Shown here: positions 1 to 10,142 of the stretch, one piece after another
Numbering within the stretch: the stretch's first letter is position 1
Layout: the number at the start of each line of letters is the position of its first letter
Assembly (NCBI GenBank): GCA_964425445.1
Contig: CAYRLY010000001.1
Coordinates: 5,537-69,536 of the forward strand
DNA from: an uncultured Candidatus Saccharibacteria bacterium
Lineage (GTDB): Bacteria; Patescibacteriota; UBA1384; XYA2-FULL-43-10; CAINNR01
DNA: 64,000 nt
Direction: 5' to 3'
Notes under the pieces: generated by a model
What the model saw: the letters and a program-made list of their open reading frames with translations, nothing else
Database searches by the model: none
Told to the model about the DNA's origin: nothing
Position numbers and translations under genes: made by a program

Positions 1-2016
1 TTTTTCCAAGCGATAAAGAAATTTTTTCTAGTCATTTTCTTTTTCTTTTTGCTTAATCTGTATTGGCTGCCGGCGATGCTCTTTTTTCCTGATCCTGGAG
101 TTTCTGGGAGCAACATGATTAATAGCACGATCAGTCTGGGAACATCATTGCGTTTAAGTGCTATAAATTTATTGCGTGGTTGGGGATCTTTATTTAATTT
201 CCAATTTGAATCATCATATCCGCCGGGATTCCCTATCGTCTCATTTGTTTTAATATTTTTGTCGCTAACAATTTTTCTTTGGAAGCGACAGGTAAATAAA
301 AATTGGCTTACTTTTTTAACTTTGTTACTAATTCCCATCGCTTTTTATAAAATCGATCGAGATTTATTAACATATCTGCCGTTTGCCAATCTAATCCGGG
401 ATCTGGCTAGATTTTCAGTTCTCTCAACCCTTTCGTTAGTAGTTCTCGGAGCTTTTGCTGTTGATCAATTATTTCTTATTAAAAATCTTTTTGCCAGACG
501 TTTTTTATTGATTTTTATTGTAGTAATCTTGATCTTAAATTCTTGGCCGACATTAAATTGGGAAATGTTTTCTTACTCCCGAGGCGAATCAGATTTCCGT
601 TTTCGCACTTATAAACAGTCAGCCGAACTTTCAGAATTTGAGGAGAAAATTAATCAGGAAGAAAATTTACGAGTTCTTTATCTACCAATTGGCGCACTAA
701 TAAATTTAGATGACAAGCGTTTTGATGGTGGCTTTGAAAAAATTTGGGATACTCAAGGGGCTTTTTCCAAAAACCCGGGAGCAATTACTGATTCTGACCG
801 TGGTCAGGGCGCGGCTTCAGGACTTGTGAGGTTATTAAATTTAGCAATTAAAAACCGCGATTTAGAGCGATTAAACTCGTTGGCAGAAATTGCCAAAATA
901 AACATGTTAGTTTTCCGCCGTGATGGCAAGTATTATGACTGGGGAGAGGAAGAAAAAAATGATTTTGAAAATAAGCTCGATGCATTAGTCACTGATGGCA
1001 AGGCCGACATTTATTTTGATCAAGGGGATGTTCTAGCTGTAAAATATAAAAACTCTGAAAGCCTGGTGCAAACAAGTCAAGATTATACACTAGTTGATTC
1101 CAGTCAGCTCCAAGTTGCAGAAGAAATTTATCCAGATATCTTTCCTCGCGGATTAGTTTCGGACGCTAGTTTTTCCAATGGTTCTTTACTGCTGGAAGTT
1201 AAAGAGCTCGTTAATCTTCCTTTAATTTATCAAAATGAGCAAAAATTACCCGATTTAAATTCAAAATATAAAATTTTTCTCTTTCATCAAAATCAAGATA
1301 TTTACAATCTGATTAGTAATAAAAAAGCTCTCTGTAAAAAAAATTCTCAAAATTATAAATTAAAAAAAAATTTATTGAATCAGGCTAAAGAGTGTTATCA
1401 AGTGCTGTCAGATATCAGTTGTGCTGATAGTGGTTGCGATGATTATTATACATTTTTGCCAAGTTCGATTCCTCCTTCTGCGGAAATAATTTTTATATCT
1501 GATCAAAATGAAACCGTCGTTTTTAATGGTAAATCGTACAGCCTTAATGAAGCAGAAAAAATGAGTAAATATTTTAAGCTCGAGGTTGATAATTTGCAAC
1601 CCGGTTTGAACCGGCTAGAACCGAAGAAATCAAGACCGATTTTTGTTCAAATGATTGGCAACCCAGTTGCTTCTGTTACCAATCTTGAATACCAGAAAAT
1701 TAATCCTGGTAAGTATAAAATTTATGTTGAGAAAGACGGTATAAAGTTACTGACTTTTAATCAGAATTTTGATCATTATTGGAGAATTTATCAAGATGAC
1801 AGTTTGTTTTTGAGAGCAGTTTCCAGCGATGATAAACATCTAATTGTTGATAGCTATGCTAACGGCTGGTTGATTGATACAGATAAATTTAATGGTGATT
1901 TGTATATTATTTATTGGCCGGATAGATTGCTGGTTATCGGTGGTTTCTTAACAATAATGACTTTAGCTTTGATGATTGTATTTTTAGCGATTAACCGAAG
2001 TGACTATGAAATTTAA
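1..2016 (+). CDS. Large multi-TM membrane protein with extracellular domain (GT-C/YfhO-like), 5' partial
   Basis: Frame open from base 1. Hydrophobic N-terminal helices, C-terminal YQKINPGKY..LTFNQNFDHYW..YANGWLI motif then a final TM helix. Lies in the glycosylation cluster. Confidence 0.6.
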   Translation, partial: FFQAIKKFFLVIFFFFLLNLYWLPAMLFFPDPGVSGSNMINSTISLGTSLRLSAINLLRGWGSLFNFQFESSYPPGFPIVSFVLIFLSLTIFLWKRQVNKNWLTFLTLLLIPIAFYKIDRDLLTYLPFANLIRDLARFSVLSTLSLVVLGAFAVDQLFLIKNLFARRFLLIFIVVILILNSWPTLNWEMFSYSRGESDFRFRTYKQSAELSEFEEKINQEENLRVLYLPIGALINLDDKRFDGGFEKIWDTQGAFSKNPGAITDSDRGQGAASGLVRLLNLAIKNRDLERLNSLAEIAKINMLVFRRDGKYYDWGEEEKNDFENKLDALVTDGKADIYFDQGDVLAVKYKNSESLVQTSQDYTLVDSSQLQVAEEIYPDIFPRGLVSDASFSNGSLLLEVKELVNLPLIYQNEQKLPDLNSKYKIFLFHQNQDIYNLISNKKALCKKNSQNYKLKKNLLNQAKECYQVLSDISCADSGCDDYYTFLPSSIPPSAEIIFISDQNETVVFNGKSYSLNEAEKMSKYFKLEVDNLQPGLNRLEPKKSRPIFVQMIGNPVASVTNLEYQKINPGKYKIYVEKDGIKLLTFNQNFDHYWRIYQDDSLFLRAVSSDDKHLIVDSYANGWLIDTDKFNGDLYIIYWPDRLLVIGGFLTIMTLALMIVFLAINRSDYEI

Positions 2017-3346
2017 AGCGCAGGTAATCACTATCGTTTTGCTTTTAATCTCTTCTTTGTCAGTGTTTTTTTTATTATTTTATTATTCAAGGCCTGAACC
2101 AGTCGAAATTTCTGATCGACCGCTGGTATTAGTATCTTTTCTTTACGAACATGGGGAAAAGGATTTAGCTAAAAATCAGAGAGAAAAAAATTTTCAGAGT
2201 GCCGAAAATCTCTACCGCATTATCACCGGTAATTCGGAAGTAATCGACCTGACTGAAGACATATCGGCTTCCAAATATGTAGACAGGTCATTTTCTTTTG
2301 CTTTCCCATTAGAACAATTTATCTCTACAGTTGATTTGTCACGAGAGGAAAACAATAATAATTTTAGTTACAGTCGAGCGCTAGAAGACAGTTCGGTGGA
2401 AAAGTTTGTATACGTTGACCAAGAAAAGAATTATGATATTTATTTTAAAACTAAAAATCATTCCGACACTTTGATAGTCAATGGAGAAAAAAAATCTGCG
2501 ATAAATTCATTCTCTGATTGGAGGATGGTTGGCAACTACTTGTCTGGAGAAAATAATACTATCACTTTCAAATCCGCTGATCAATATGATCAAGTAGTTG
2601 AAGTGGTTTTGGTTATTGACGAGGAAATCCAAAACAAAGACAATCAAAGAGAATATAGTCTAAATTATAAAAACGGAAGTTACTGTTTCAATTTAAGTGG
2701 TAAAAATTATGCGATTACTCATAATCCGAAAAACATATTTTTATCACCGATATCCTGCAATGACAATTGTGAAAATCCGAAATTTATCTCATATTATCCG
2801 GCAGATAATGGTAGAGTCTCTTTTGATAAGAAATCAATTAATATTATCACTAACTCGGGCTACTATCGATTAAATAACTACAACTTCTCCCGAAATTTAT
2901 TGGCATCGATTCTCATATTGTTTTTTGATCTCTTTATAATTTTATTGATCATAAATAAAGATTTCAAAAGGGGTGTTGTTCATTTTTTGAATGATTCGAA
3001 ATATGTTCTTAAAAAATTTTTTTCCGGAAACAAAATCCAAATTAGTAAAATAATAATATTAAATTTAATACTATTTATCTTGCGATTTATTTTGATATTT
3101 AGACCGTATCTCTCAATGACGCTAATTATTTTGATAAATGTTTTCTTGCTCTGGTGGTTTTTTCGATCAAAAAAATTGCTTTCGGTTGTGGCAATTTTGT
3201 TTTTGCTAATAGCTGCATCATTAAACAGTTTATTTCTGTTCGAGAATCTAGTTGAAAAACTTGCAACCGGTATTATTTTCCTGATAGTTTTTATAATACT
3301 CGAATCTCTAATTAATATAATTGACGATTCCCCTAACCAATATTGA
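2006..3346 (+). CDS. Hypothetical membrane protein
   Basis: N-terminal TM, soluble domain, about 5 C-terminal TM helices; overlaps the upstream stop. Confidence 0.6.
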   Translation: MKFKAQVITIVLLLISSLSVFFLLFYYSRPEPVEISDRPLVLVSFLYEHGEKDLAKNQREKNFQSAENLYRIITGNSEVIDLTEDISASKYVDRSFSFAFPLEQFISTVDLSREENNNNFSYSRALEDSSVEKFVYVDQEKNYDIYFKTKNHSDTLIVNGEKKSAINSFSDWRMVGNYLSGENNTITFKSADQYDQVVEVVLVIDEEIQNKDNQREYSLNYKNGSYCFNLSGKNYAITHNPKNIFLSPISCNDNCENPKFISYYPADNGRVSFDKKSINIITNSGYYRLNNYNFSRNLLASILILFFDLFIILLIINKDFKRGVVHFLNDSKYVLKKFFSGNKIQISKIIILNLILFILRFILIFRPYLSMTLIILINVFLLWWFFRSKKLLSVVAILFLLIAASLNSLFLFENLVEKLATGIIFLIVFIILESLINIIDDSPNQY

Positions 3347-3355
3347 TACATTAAG

Positions 3356-4312
3356 ATGAAAAAAGTAAACATATCGGTGATCATCCCGGTTTATAATGAA
3401 GCGGAGAATATCAATTCTCTTTATTCGGAGTTGAAGGAGGTTTTTGCTCTGACCGATCGCAAACACGAAATTATTTTTGTTAATGATGCCTCCAGAGATA
3501 AGACGTTGGCCGAATTAGAAAAAATTGCCGCCAAAGATAAGCAGGTTGTGGTCATTGATTTTATTCGCAACTTCGGCCAGACGGCGGCGCTTTCGGCCGG
3601 AATTGATAACTCTGTCGGCGAAATTATTATCCCGATGGATGGCGATGGCCAGAATGATCCAGCGGATATTCCGAAATTGGTGCAGAAGATCGACGAAGGA
3701 TTTGCAGTAGTTTCCGGTTGGCGCAAGAACAGGAAAGACGCCTTCATTCGAGTTTTACCCTCTCAAATCGCCAATTGGTTAATCAGGAAGATAACCGGAG
3801 TAAAAATTCATGACAACGGCTGTTCGCTCAAGGCCTATCGCCGCGAGGTAATTGATGGCGTTCAGCTTTATGGTGAGATGCACCGCTTTATCTCTGTCTA
3901 TGCCTCCTGGTCCGGTGGTAGGATCGCCGAGATTGTCGTCAACCACCGTCCGAGAACTTGCGGCAAAAGCAAATATGGTTTTTCCCGAATTTTTAAAGTT
4001 GTGCTTGACCTTCTGGTTATCCGCTTTCTCCATAAGTATATCTCCCGGCCGATTCACTTTTTCGGCAAATACGGGTTTTGGGCGATATTTGTTTCAATAG
4101 TTTTTTCTGCCTGGTCAATCTATCTAAAATTATTCCAAGATCTTTCAATCAATCGTACGCCGTTGCCGGTACTTTCATCGATGTTTTTAATCGTCGGACT
4201 TCAGTTAATATTAACCGGCGTTTTGGCCGAACTCCTGACTCGCACCTACTTCGAGTCACAGGGCAGAAAAGCATATAAAATAAAAAAGATAATTAATGGC
4301 AAAAAAAGCTAA
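3356..4312 (+). CDS. GT2 polyprenol-phosphate glycosyltransferase (GtrB/ArnC-like)
   Basis: SVIIPVYNE, VNDASRD, RNFGQTAAL, MDGDGQNDP motifs; two C-terminal TM helices. Confidence 0.9.
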   Translation: MKKVNISVIIPVYNEAENINSLYSELKEVFALTDRKHEIIFVNDASRDKTLAELEKIAAKDKQVVVIDFIRNFGQTAALSAGIDNSVGEIIIPMDGDGQNDPADIPKLVQKIDEGFAVVSGWRKNRKDAFIRVLPSQIANWLIRKITGVKIHDNGCSLKAYRREVIDGVQLYGEMHRFISVYASWSGGRIAEIVVNHRPRTCGKSKYGFSRIFKVVLDLLVIRFLHKYISRPIHFFGKYGFWAIFVSIVFSAWSIYLKLFQDLSINRTPLPVLSSMFLIVGLQLILTGVLAELLTRTYFESQGRKAYKIKKIINGKKS

Positions 4313-5267
4313 AACAATTTTAGTTACCGGCTCTGCTGGCTTTATCGGCTTTCATTTAGCAAAGAAACTTCTTGAAGAAGGTGTGGATGTTGTTGGCATT
4401 GATAATTTAAATGATTATTATGATCCGAAATTAAAGACTGATCGTAACAAAATACTGAAAAGCCATGAAAACTATACTTTTCTTAAAGGCGATCTTGCTG
4501 ATGAAAAGTTTATTACTCAACTATTTAAAAAATTTAAATTTGACCAGATCTGTCACTTAGCGGCCCAAGCTGGTGTGCGCTACAGCATTGAAAATCCAGC
4601 CGTTTACATTCAATCAAATATAGTCGGCTTTGCTAATTTGATTGAAGCGACAAAAAACGCCGGCATTAGGAATTTTGTTTATGCTTCTTCAAGTTCAGTC
4701 TACGGCAATAGTGCAAAAGCGAAATTTTCAGTCAAAGATCGCACTGATGATCCGATCTCTCTCTATGCGGCGACGAAAAAAGCCGATGAGCTTATCGCCT
4801 ACACTTATAATCATTTATTTGGATTAAACTGCACGGGTTTGCGTTTTTTTACGGTTTATGGCCCTTGGGGCCGACCGGACATGGCGCCTTTTAAATTTAC
4901 TGGGCGGATTATTGCTGGCAAAGAGATTGAGGTTTACAACTTTGGTAAGATGAAAAGGGACTTCACCTACATCGACGACATTGTTTCCGGAATTATTGCC
5001 GCCCTAAGACGCCCCAGGGGCTTCAAGATTTATAATCTTGGCAATAACCGACCGGTGACCCTAAACCGTTTTATCAAATCTATAGAGGCTGCCTGTGGGC
5101 AAAAAGCGAAGATTAAATACTTGCCGCTACAACCGGGAGATGTTTTGAAAACCGCCGCTGATATTTCCGAATCAAAAAAGGATTTAAAGTTTTCGCCGAA
5201 GATAGATATCGAAGAGGGAATAAGAAAATTTGTTGATTGGTATAAAGAGTATTATGGCAAAAAATAA
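4296..5267 (+). CDS. NAD-dependent epimerase (UDP-glucuronate 4-epimerase-like)
   Basis: TGSAGFIG, HLAAQAGVRYS, YAATKK, RFFTVYGPWGRPDMA. Confidence 0.9.
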   Translation: MAKKAKTILVTGSAGFIGFHLAKKLLEEGVDVVGIDNLNDYYDPKLKTDRNKILKSHENYTFLKGDLADEKFITQLFKKFKFDQICHLAAQAGVRYSIENPAVYIQSNIVGFANLIEATKNAGIRNFVYASSSSVYGNSAKAKFSVKDRTDDPISLYAATKKADELIAYTYNHLFGLNCTGLRFFTVYGPWGRPDMAPFKFTGRIIAGKEIEVYNFGKMKRDFTYIDDIVSGIIAALRRPRGFKIYNLGNNRPVTLNRFIKSIEAACGQKAKIKYLPLQPGDVLKTAADISESKKDLKFSPKIDIEEGIRKFVDWYKEYYGKK

Positions 5268-6372
5268 AACCAAAATTTTATTTTTAAATTATGAATTCCC
5301 ACCGCTAGGAGGTGGAGCAGGTAATGCAACTAAATATTTATTTTTAGAATTTGCTAAACAAGAAGATCTAGAAATCGATCTAATCACCAGCTCGACCGAC
5401 AAGTTTAAAATTGAGAAATTTGCCAAAAATATTCGCGTCCATTATCTCGATATTGGGAAAAAGGGTAATATTCATTATCAAAGCAACAGTGATCTTTTAA
5501 AATATAGCTGGAAGGCTTATTTTTACGGAAAAGGTCTAATAAAAAAGAAAAAATTTGATTTGACCCACGCTTTTTTCGGTATCCCCTGTGGCTATATCGC
5601 GATGAAACTAGGACTGCCGTATATTGTTTCTCTTCGTGGCAGTGATGTGCCGTTTTATAATCCCAGATTTGCAAAACTAGACAAGCTGGTTTTTCATCGA
5701 TTGTCGCGACGGATCTGGCGGCGGGCGAGAGCGGTAATCGCCAACTCCGAAGATCTAAAAGGATTAGCGATGAAAACTTTCGCGGGTGGGATAGGCGTGA
5801 TTCCTAATGGTGTTGATACCAGCGAATTTAAGCCATTAAAAAACAAAAAAATATCAAACAAGATTCGTTTGATCTCCACCGGTCGTCTTATTGCGCGGAA
5901 AGGTTATCAATATTTGATTCCGGCGTTTAAAGGTTTGAAAAATGTCGAGTTAATTTTGGTTGGTGGTGGTGATCTGCGTAGTGAGCTTGATGAATTAGCG
6001 AGAAAAAATCAGGTAAAAGTCAATTTTGCTGGTGAAGTCAAACATGATGAAATCGTGAAATATCTCCAAAACTCGGATATTTTTGTTCTCCCTTCGCTCA
6101 ACGAGGGGATGAGCAACTCGATACTTGAAGCGATGTCCTGTGGCTTGCCGATAATTACCACTAACACTGGGGGCAGCAAAGAATTGATTGATGGGAATGG
6201 GTTTGTTTTTAAAAAAAGATCAATTGCTTCAATTAAAAAAACGCTGGAAAGATATTTAAAATCACGAGATTTAATTCGAAAACATGGCGAAAAATCACGG
6301 GGAATTGTCCAAGATATGAGCTGGGAAAATGTCTCAAATAAATATAAGAAAATTTATGATCAACTGGCGTAA
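5254..6372 (+). CDS. GT4 glycosyltransferase
   Basis: NYEFPPLGGG, IPNGVD, FVLPSLNEGMSNSILEAMSCG; ATG 5254 preferred as start. Confidence 0.9.
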   Translation: MAKNKTKILFLNYEFPPLGGGAGNATKYLFLEFAKQEDLEIDLITSSTDKFKIEKFAKNIRVHYLDIGKKGNIHYQSNSDLLKYSWKAYFYGKGLIKKKKFDLTHAFFGIPCGYIAMKLGLPYIVSLRGSDVPFYNPRFAKLDKLVFHRLSRRIWRRARAVIANSEDLKGLAMKTFAGGIGVIPNGVDTSEFKPLKNKKISNKIRLISTGRLIARKGYQYLIPAFKGLKNVELILVGGGDLRSELDELARKNQVKVNFAGEVKHDEIVKYLQNSDIFVLPSLNEGMSNSILEAMSCGLPIITTNTGGSKELIDGNGFVFKKRSIASIKKTLERYLKSRDLIRKHGEKSRGIVQDMSWENVSNKYKKIYDQLA

Positions 6373-7699
6373 ACCAACAATACTGGCTTTGCTTTATATC
6401 TCCGGAAGTAAAATTCCGCGCAATCTTAAAATAATTCAAAAACTTGCCAAAAGCAGTAAAAGAGAGATAAGGAAATATCAAAAGGAAAAGCTAAAGAAAC
6501 TTCTATCCCATGCTTATGAAAATGTCCCTTACTATCAACGAGTGCTAAAAGAATCTGGTGTGATTACAAAATCAGGGGAAGTTGATCTGAAAAAATTCTC
6601 CAATATACCAATTCTAACAAAAGATATTATCCGCAAAGAGGGTAAAAATTTATACTCCAAAGATTATAAAAGAAGGGGATATTATAAAAATACCTCCGGT
6701 GGATCGACTGGCGAGCCGGTGGAATTTATACAGGACAAAAAATATTCCGATTGGAATGATGCGACAAAAATATTCTATTTTAATTCCCTAGGTCATGATT
6801 GGGGTGATCCGGAGATAAAATTATGGGGGTCGGATCGGGATATTATAAAAGGTAATTTATCTTTGAAAGATAGAGTGGCTAATTATCTTTATAATCGTCG
6901 TTTTTTTAATTGCTATAATTTCTCAAAAAATAATATGACCTCTTTATTGCGTTTGCATAACAGTTATAGACCAGTGGGATACTGGTCATATATGGAGGCT
7001 GTGAGTGAATTCGCTGATTTTATTGTCGAAAACAATTTGAAAGTGTTCAGCCCTAAATATATTGTATCGACCATTGGTCCATTGGAAGATAATGTCAGAA
7101 AAAAAATTTCCCAGACATTCTCTTGCCCTGTATTTGACCAATACGGGTCGCGAGAAGTGGGATTTATTGCGGCTGAGTTTCCCAAAAGTGAAGGGAAGTT
7201 ATTCTTTCCCTGGTTTAATTATGTTGAGAATACTAATGGGCTAGTAAAAAATGTCATTGTAACTAATTTGGCCAATTTTTCAATGCCACTTATTCGTTAT
7301 GACATTGGTGATGCCGCAATAATTAATTATGGGAAGATTAAACGATTGTGTGGTCGCACATTAGGTTTTTTTTACAAAAAAGATGGGTCATTGATCCACA
7401 CTCACTTTTTGGTTCAAACGTTGTTTTTTGTTGAATGGATAAAACGTTTTCAGATTATCCAGCCTAATTTTGGGTCTATTGAAATTAAAATAGAAAAAAA
7501 AGAAAATGTGTTAGCCAGCCGAAGGGGTCAGCAAGAAATACTGCAAAAGGTTAAAAAACTAACTGGGGATGAGATTGAATGTAAGATAAAATTTGTAAAA
7601 AGAATATGTTCGCAAAAAAATGGGAAATATACATATACAATTTGTAAAATACCTAAAGAAGATTTAAAGAAGCTAAAGGAAAAAATAGATGGAAGTTAA
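6356..7699 (+). CDS. CapK / phenylacetate-CoA ligase family adenylate-forming protein
   Basis: HAYENVPYY, TSGGSTGEP, DQYGSRE, MPLIRYDIGD motifs. Confidence 0.85.
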   Translation: MINWRKPTILALLYISGSKIPRNLKIIQKLAKSSKREIRKYQKEKLKKLLSHAYENVPYYQRVLKESGVITKSGEVDLKKFSNIPILTKDIIRKEGKNLYSKDYKRRGYYKNTSGGSTGEPVEFIQDKKYSDWNDATKIFYFNSLGHDWGDPEIKLWGSDRDIIKGNLSLKDRVANYLYNRRFFNCYNFSKNNMTSLLRLHNSYRPVGYWSYMEAVSEFADFIVENNLKVFSPKYIVSTIGPLEDNVRKKISQTFSCPVFDQYGSREVGFIAAEFPKSEGKLFFPWFNYVENTNGLVKNVIVTNLANFSMPLIRYDIGDAAIINYGKIKRLCGRTLGFFYKKDGSLIHTHFLVQTLFFVEWIKRFQIIQPNFGSIEIKIEKKENVLASRRGQQEILQKVKKLTGDEIECKIKFVKRICSQKNGKYTYTICKIPKEDLKKLKEKIDGS

Positions 7700-9206
7700 A
7701 AAACTAAAAATTAATCCTGATTTTAAAAGCCATAAAATTGCTAAATCAGTAATTTACAAGCTAAAAAAATATCTTAAGCCCAAAAGTTCGGTGCTAGATA
7801 TTGGTGCAGGTGATGGTTGTCTCCTTGACCTAATTAGCAAAACATTTAAAAATGTTAATGTTTTTGGAATTGATCCCGAGCCAAAATCAAAGAAGATAAA
7901 GAAAGCTGGAATCGAAAAATTGCCGTTTCCTGATCAAAGCATTGATCTTGTGGTTTGTACCGATGTTATTGAACATCTAACTGATTCTCAACTGCACAAA
8001 GGTATCAAAGAGATTAGTCGGGTGCTAAAAGAGGGGGGCAGAGCAATTATTACCACAGTTGTGAATGAAAATTTCAACAGACAACTCTGCTTGTGCCCTA
8101 GATGCAGTAAAGTGTTTCACAAGATTGGCCATCAGCAGATCTTTGCTCCAGAAGAATTGGTTCAAATTTTTTCCTCAAATAACCTAAAAGTTATTGAGAC
8201 ATTTAATTTTAACTTAACATTATTCGCAAAATACCCGATGTTAATAAGACTGGCTGAAAGACTGAATTTCCATAAGTTATTTTCTGGTGAAATTAGATAT
8301 CGACTAAAAAAAGATTTCTTGTTAGTTGTCCAAAAGGAAGTAAATCACAAAGATTGTCCAGTTTGTGATTCCAAGAATTGCAATATTGAGCGAAAAATCG
8401 GTGGTTATTATTTTTTGCGCTGTATGGAATGCGGTTTTATTTATTCTAATCTATCCAGCGAAGAAATTGAAAAAGAGAATTTTTCGTATGACAAAGAAGC
8501 GATCAAAAAGTATAAAGACACTCAAACAAAATTTGATATTGTTTGGTTTGGTGAATTAGCAAAAAGAATTAATTCACGTTTTAAACAAGATAGCACTAAA
8601 AGAGTATTAGATATTGGCTGTGGGAACGGAATATTGTTAAACGAATTTAAAAAACTTGGCTGGGAGACTTGTGGACTTGATCCGTCGCCTTGGTCTGTAG
8701 GCTTTGCAAAAAAATATAATTTCAAGTTATACAGAAAAGTTATAGGTGAAGAAAAGTTGCCTCAAGAATACTTTGATGCAATTGTCTGTACTTCCACATT
8801 AGAGCACATTGAAGAACCAAAAAAATTCATTAGTCAAATATTGCCATTATTAAAGTCAAAAGGCGTGCTGTATTTTTCTGGAATGCCGAACTATAATTCA
8901 TTAGCAGTAATTTTGGGATTTTCAGATTTCTCTAAAAACGCTCCGCCGCAACATGTCAGTTTTTTCAAACGGCAGATTTTTAAAACATTAGTTTCAAATA
9001 GCGGGTATAAAATCACTGTTAGAAGCTACGGTTTTCCTGGGTTGTATGGTTTTTATCGCAAGATCAAAATAATTCGCCGATCGGGTGGTCGATCGTCTGG
9101 TAATCGTAATTCTTTATTGGCTAGATTGTCTGTTCTTATTAATTATTATTCAGGTCGACTTTTTGGTTTGGGCGATAAACTGGAGGTTATAATTGAAAAA
9201 AAATAA
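7689..9206 (+). CDS. Tandem class I SAM-dependent methyltransferase with two MTase domains
   Basis: VLDIGAGDG..DVIEHL and VLDIGCGNG..STLEHI; CxxC pairs between the domains. Confidence 0.8.
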   Translation: MEVKKLKINPDFKSHKIAKSVIYKLKKYLKPKSSVLDIGAGDGCLLDLISKTFKNVNVFGIDPEPKSKKIKKAGIEKLPFPDQSIDLVVCTDVIEHLTDSQLHKGIKEISRVLKEGGRAIITTVVNENFNRQLCLCPRCSKVFHKIGHQQIFAPEELVQIFSSNNLKVIETFNFNLTLFAKYPMLIRLAERLNFHKLFSGEIRYRLKKDFLLVVQKEVNHKDCPVCDSKNCNIERKIGGYYFLRCMECGFIYSNLSSEEIEKENFSYDKEAIKKYKDTQTKFDIVWFGELAKRINSRFKQDSTKRVLDIGCGNGILLNEFKKLGWETCGLDPSPWSVGFAKKYNFKLYRKVIGEEKLPQEYFDAIVCTSTLEHIEEPKKFISQILPLLKSKGVLYFSGMPNYNSLAVILGFSDFSKNAPPQHVSFFKRQIFKTLVSNSGYKITVRSYGFPGLYGFYRKIKIIRRSGGRSSGNRNSLLARLSVLINYYSGRLFGLGDKLEVIIEKK

Positions 9207-10140
9207 CCAGAAAGAAATCTTGTTCAGCATAGCCAAAGTTTTCATCGCAGCCGGGCTTATTTTTTGGATATTCAAGAAGATTGATTTGAATTCAGTTAAA
9301 AATTTGTTTGTATCAGCTAATTGGATTTATCTCGTGTTGCAATTGCTTGTGATCACTGTTGGTGTAATTGTTAGCTCTCTTAAATGGAAAGCAATATTGG
9401 ATTTTTATCATGTTTATTTCCGGCTATCAAAGCTAATTATTTCCTACTGGATAGGATTTTTTTTAAATTCATTTTTACCTACAAGTATTGGTGGAGACGT
9501 CTATAAATATCATGTTTTGGGCAGAAAAAAACCGGAAGAAAAATTAAAAATTGCCTCATCGGTCATCATAGAAAGGGGGATAGGCTTCCTCACTCTATTT
9601 TTTGTTATGGTAATATCTCTCTTTTTTCTTCCAAATTCATCAAACTTTATTTTTTTCCTCGCCTTGTTATTGTCGGTATTATCTATATCTGGCATTATCT
9701 ATTCTTCAATTTTGTCCAAAAGAAAATATAAGATTAAGAGAAATAGCCGCTTTAAACTTATTAATTACTTTTATCAATTCTGTAATCATATTTTAGAAAT
9801 TAGCGATAAAAATTTGCTGGCCTATACATTTTTTCTTTCCCTGGTTTTTGTTGGTTTATCTGTAATTTCAAACCAATTATCCTTCTTGATCGTCGGCTAT
9901 CGTATGCCGTTGATCTATTTTTTAATTGCAGTGCCGATAATTAATTTTTCAAAACTTATTCCTTTCTCGATTGACTCGATTGGAATCAGGGAAGCGACGG
10001 GCGTTATGATATTTTCCTTTTTCGGTGTACCAAGTGAAGTCACATTGACAGCTATGATTGTCGGTAGAGTTTCTAGTTATCTGTTTAGTCTGTCGGGTGG
10101 TATTATGTATTTGATTCGAAAATTTACTAAAATAATTTAA
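9193..10140 (+). CDS. Flippase-like protein (lysylphosphatidylglycerol synthase TM family)
   Basis: FLNSFLPTSIGGDV, ERGIG, IGIRE motifs; about 8 TM helices. Confidence 0.8.
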   Translation: MKKNNQKEILFSIAKVFIAAGLIFWIFKKIDLNSVKNLFVSANWIYLVLQLLVITVGVIVSSLKWKAILDFYHVYFRLSKLIISYWIGFFLNSFLPTSIGGDVYKYHVLGRKKPEEKLKIASSVIIERGIGFLTLFFVMVISLFFLPNSSNFIFFLALLLSVLSISGIIYSSILSKRKYKIKRNSRFKLINYFYQFCNHILEISDKNLLAYTFFLSLVFVGLSVISNQLSFLIVGYRMPLIYFLIAVPIINFSKLIPFSIDSIGIREATGVMIFSFFGVPSEVTLTAMIVGRVSSYLFSLSGGIMYLIRKFTKII

Positions 10141-10142
10141 AA

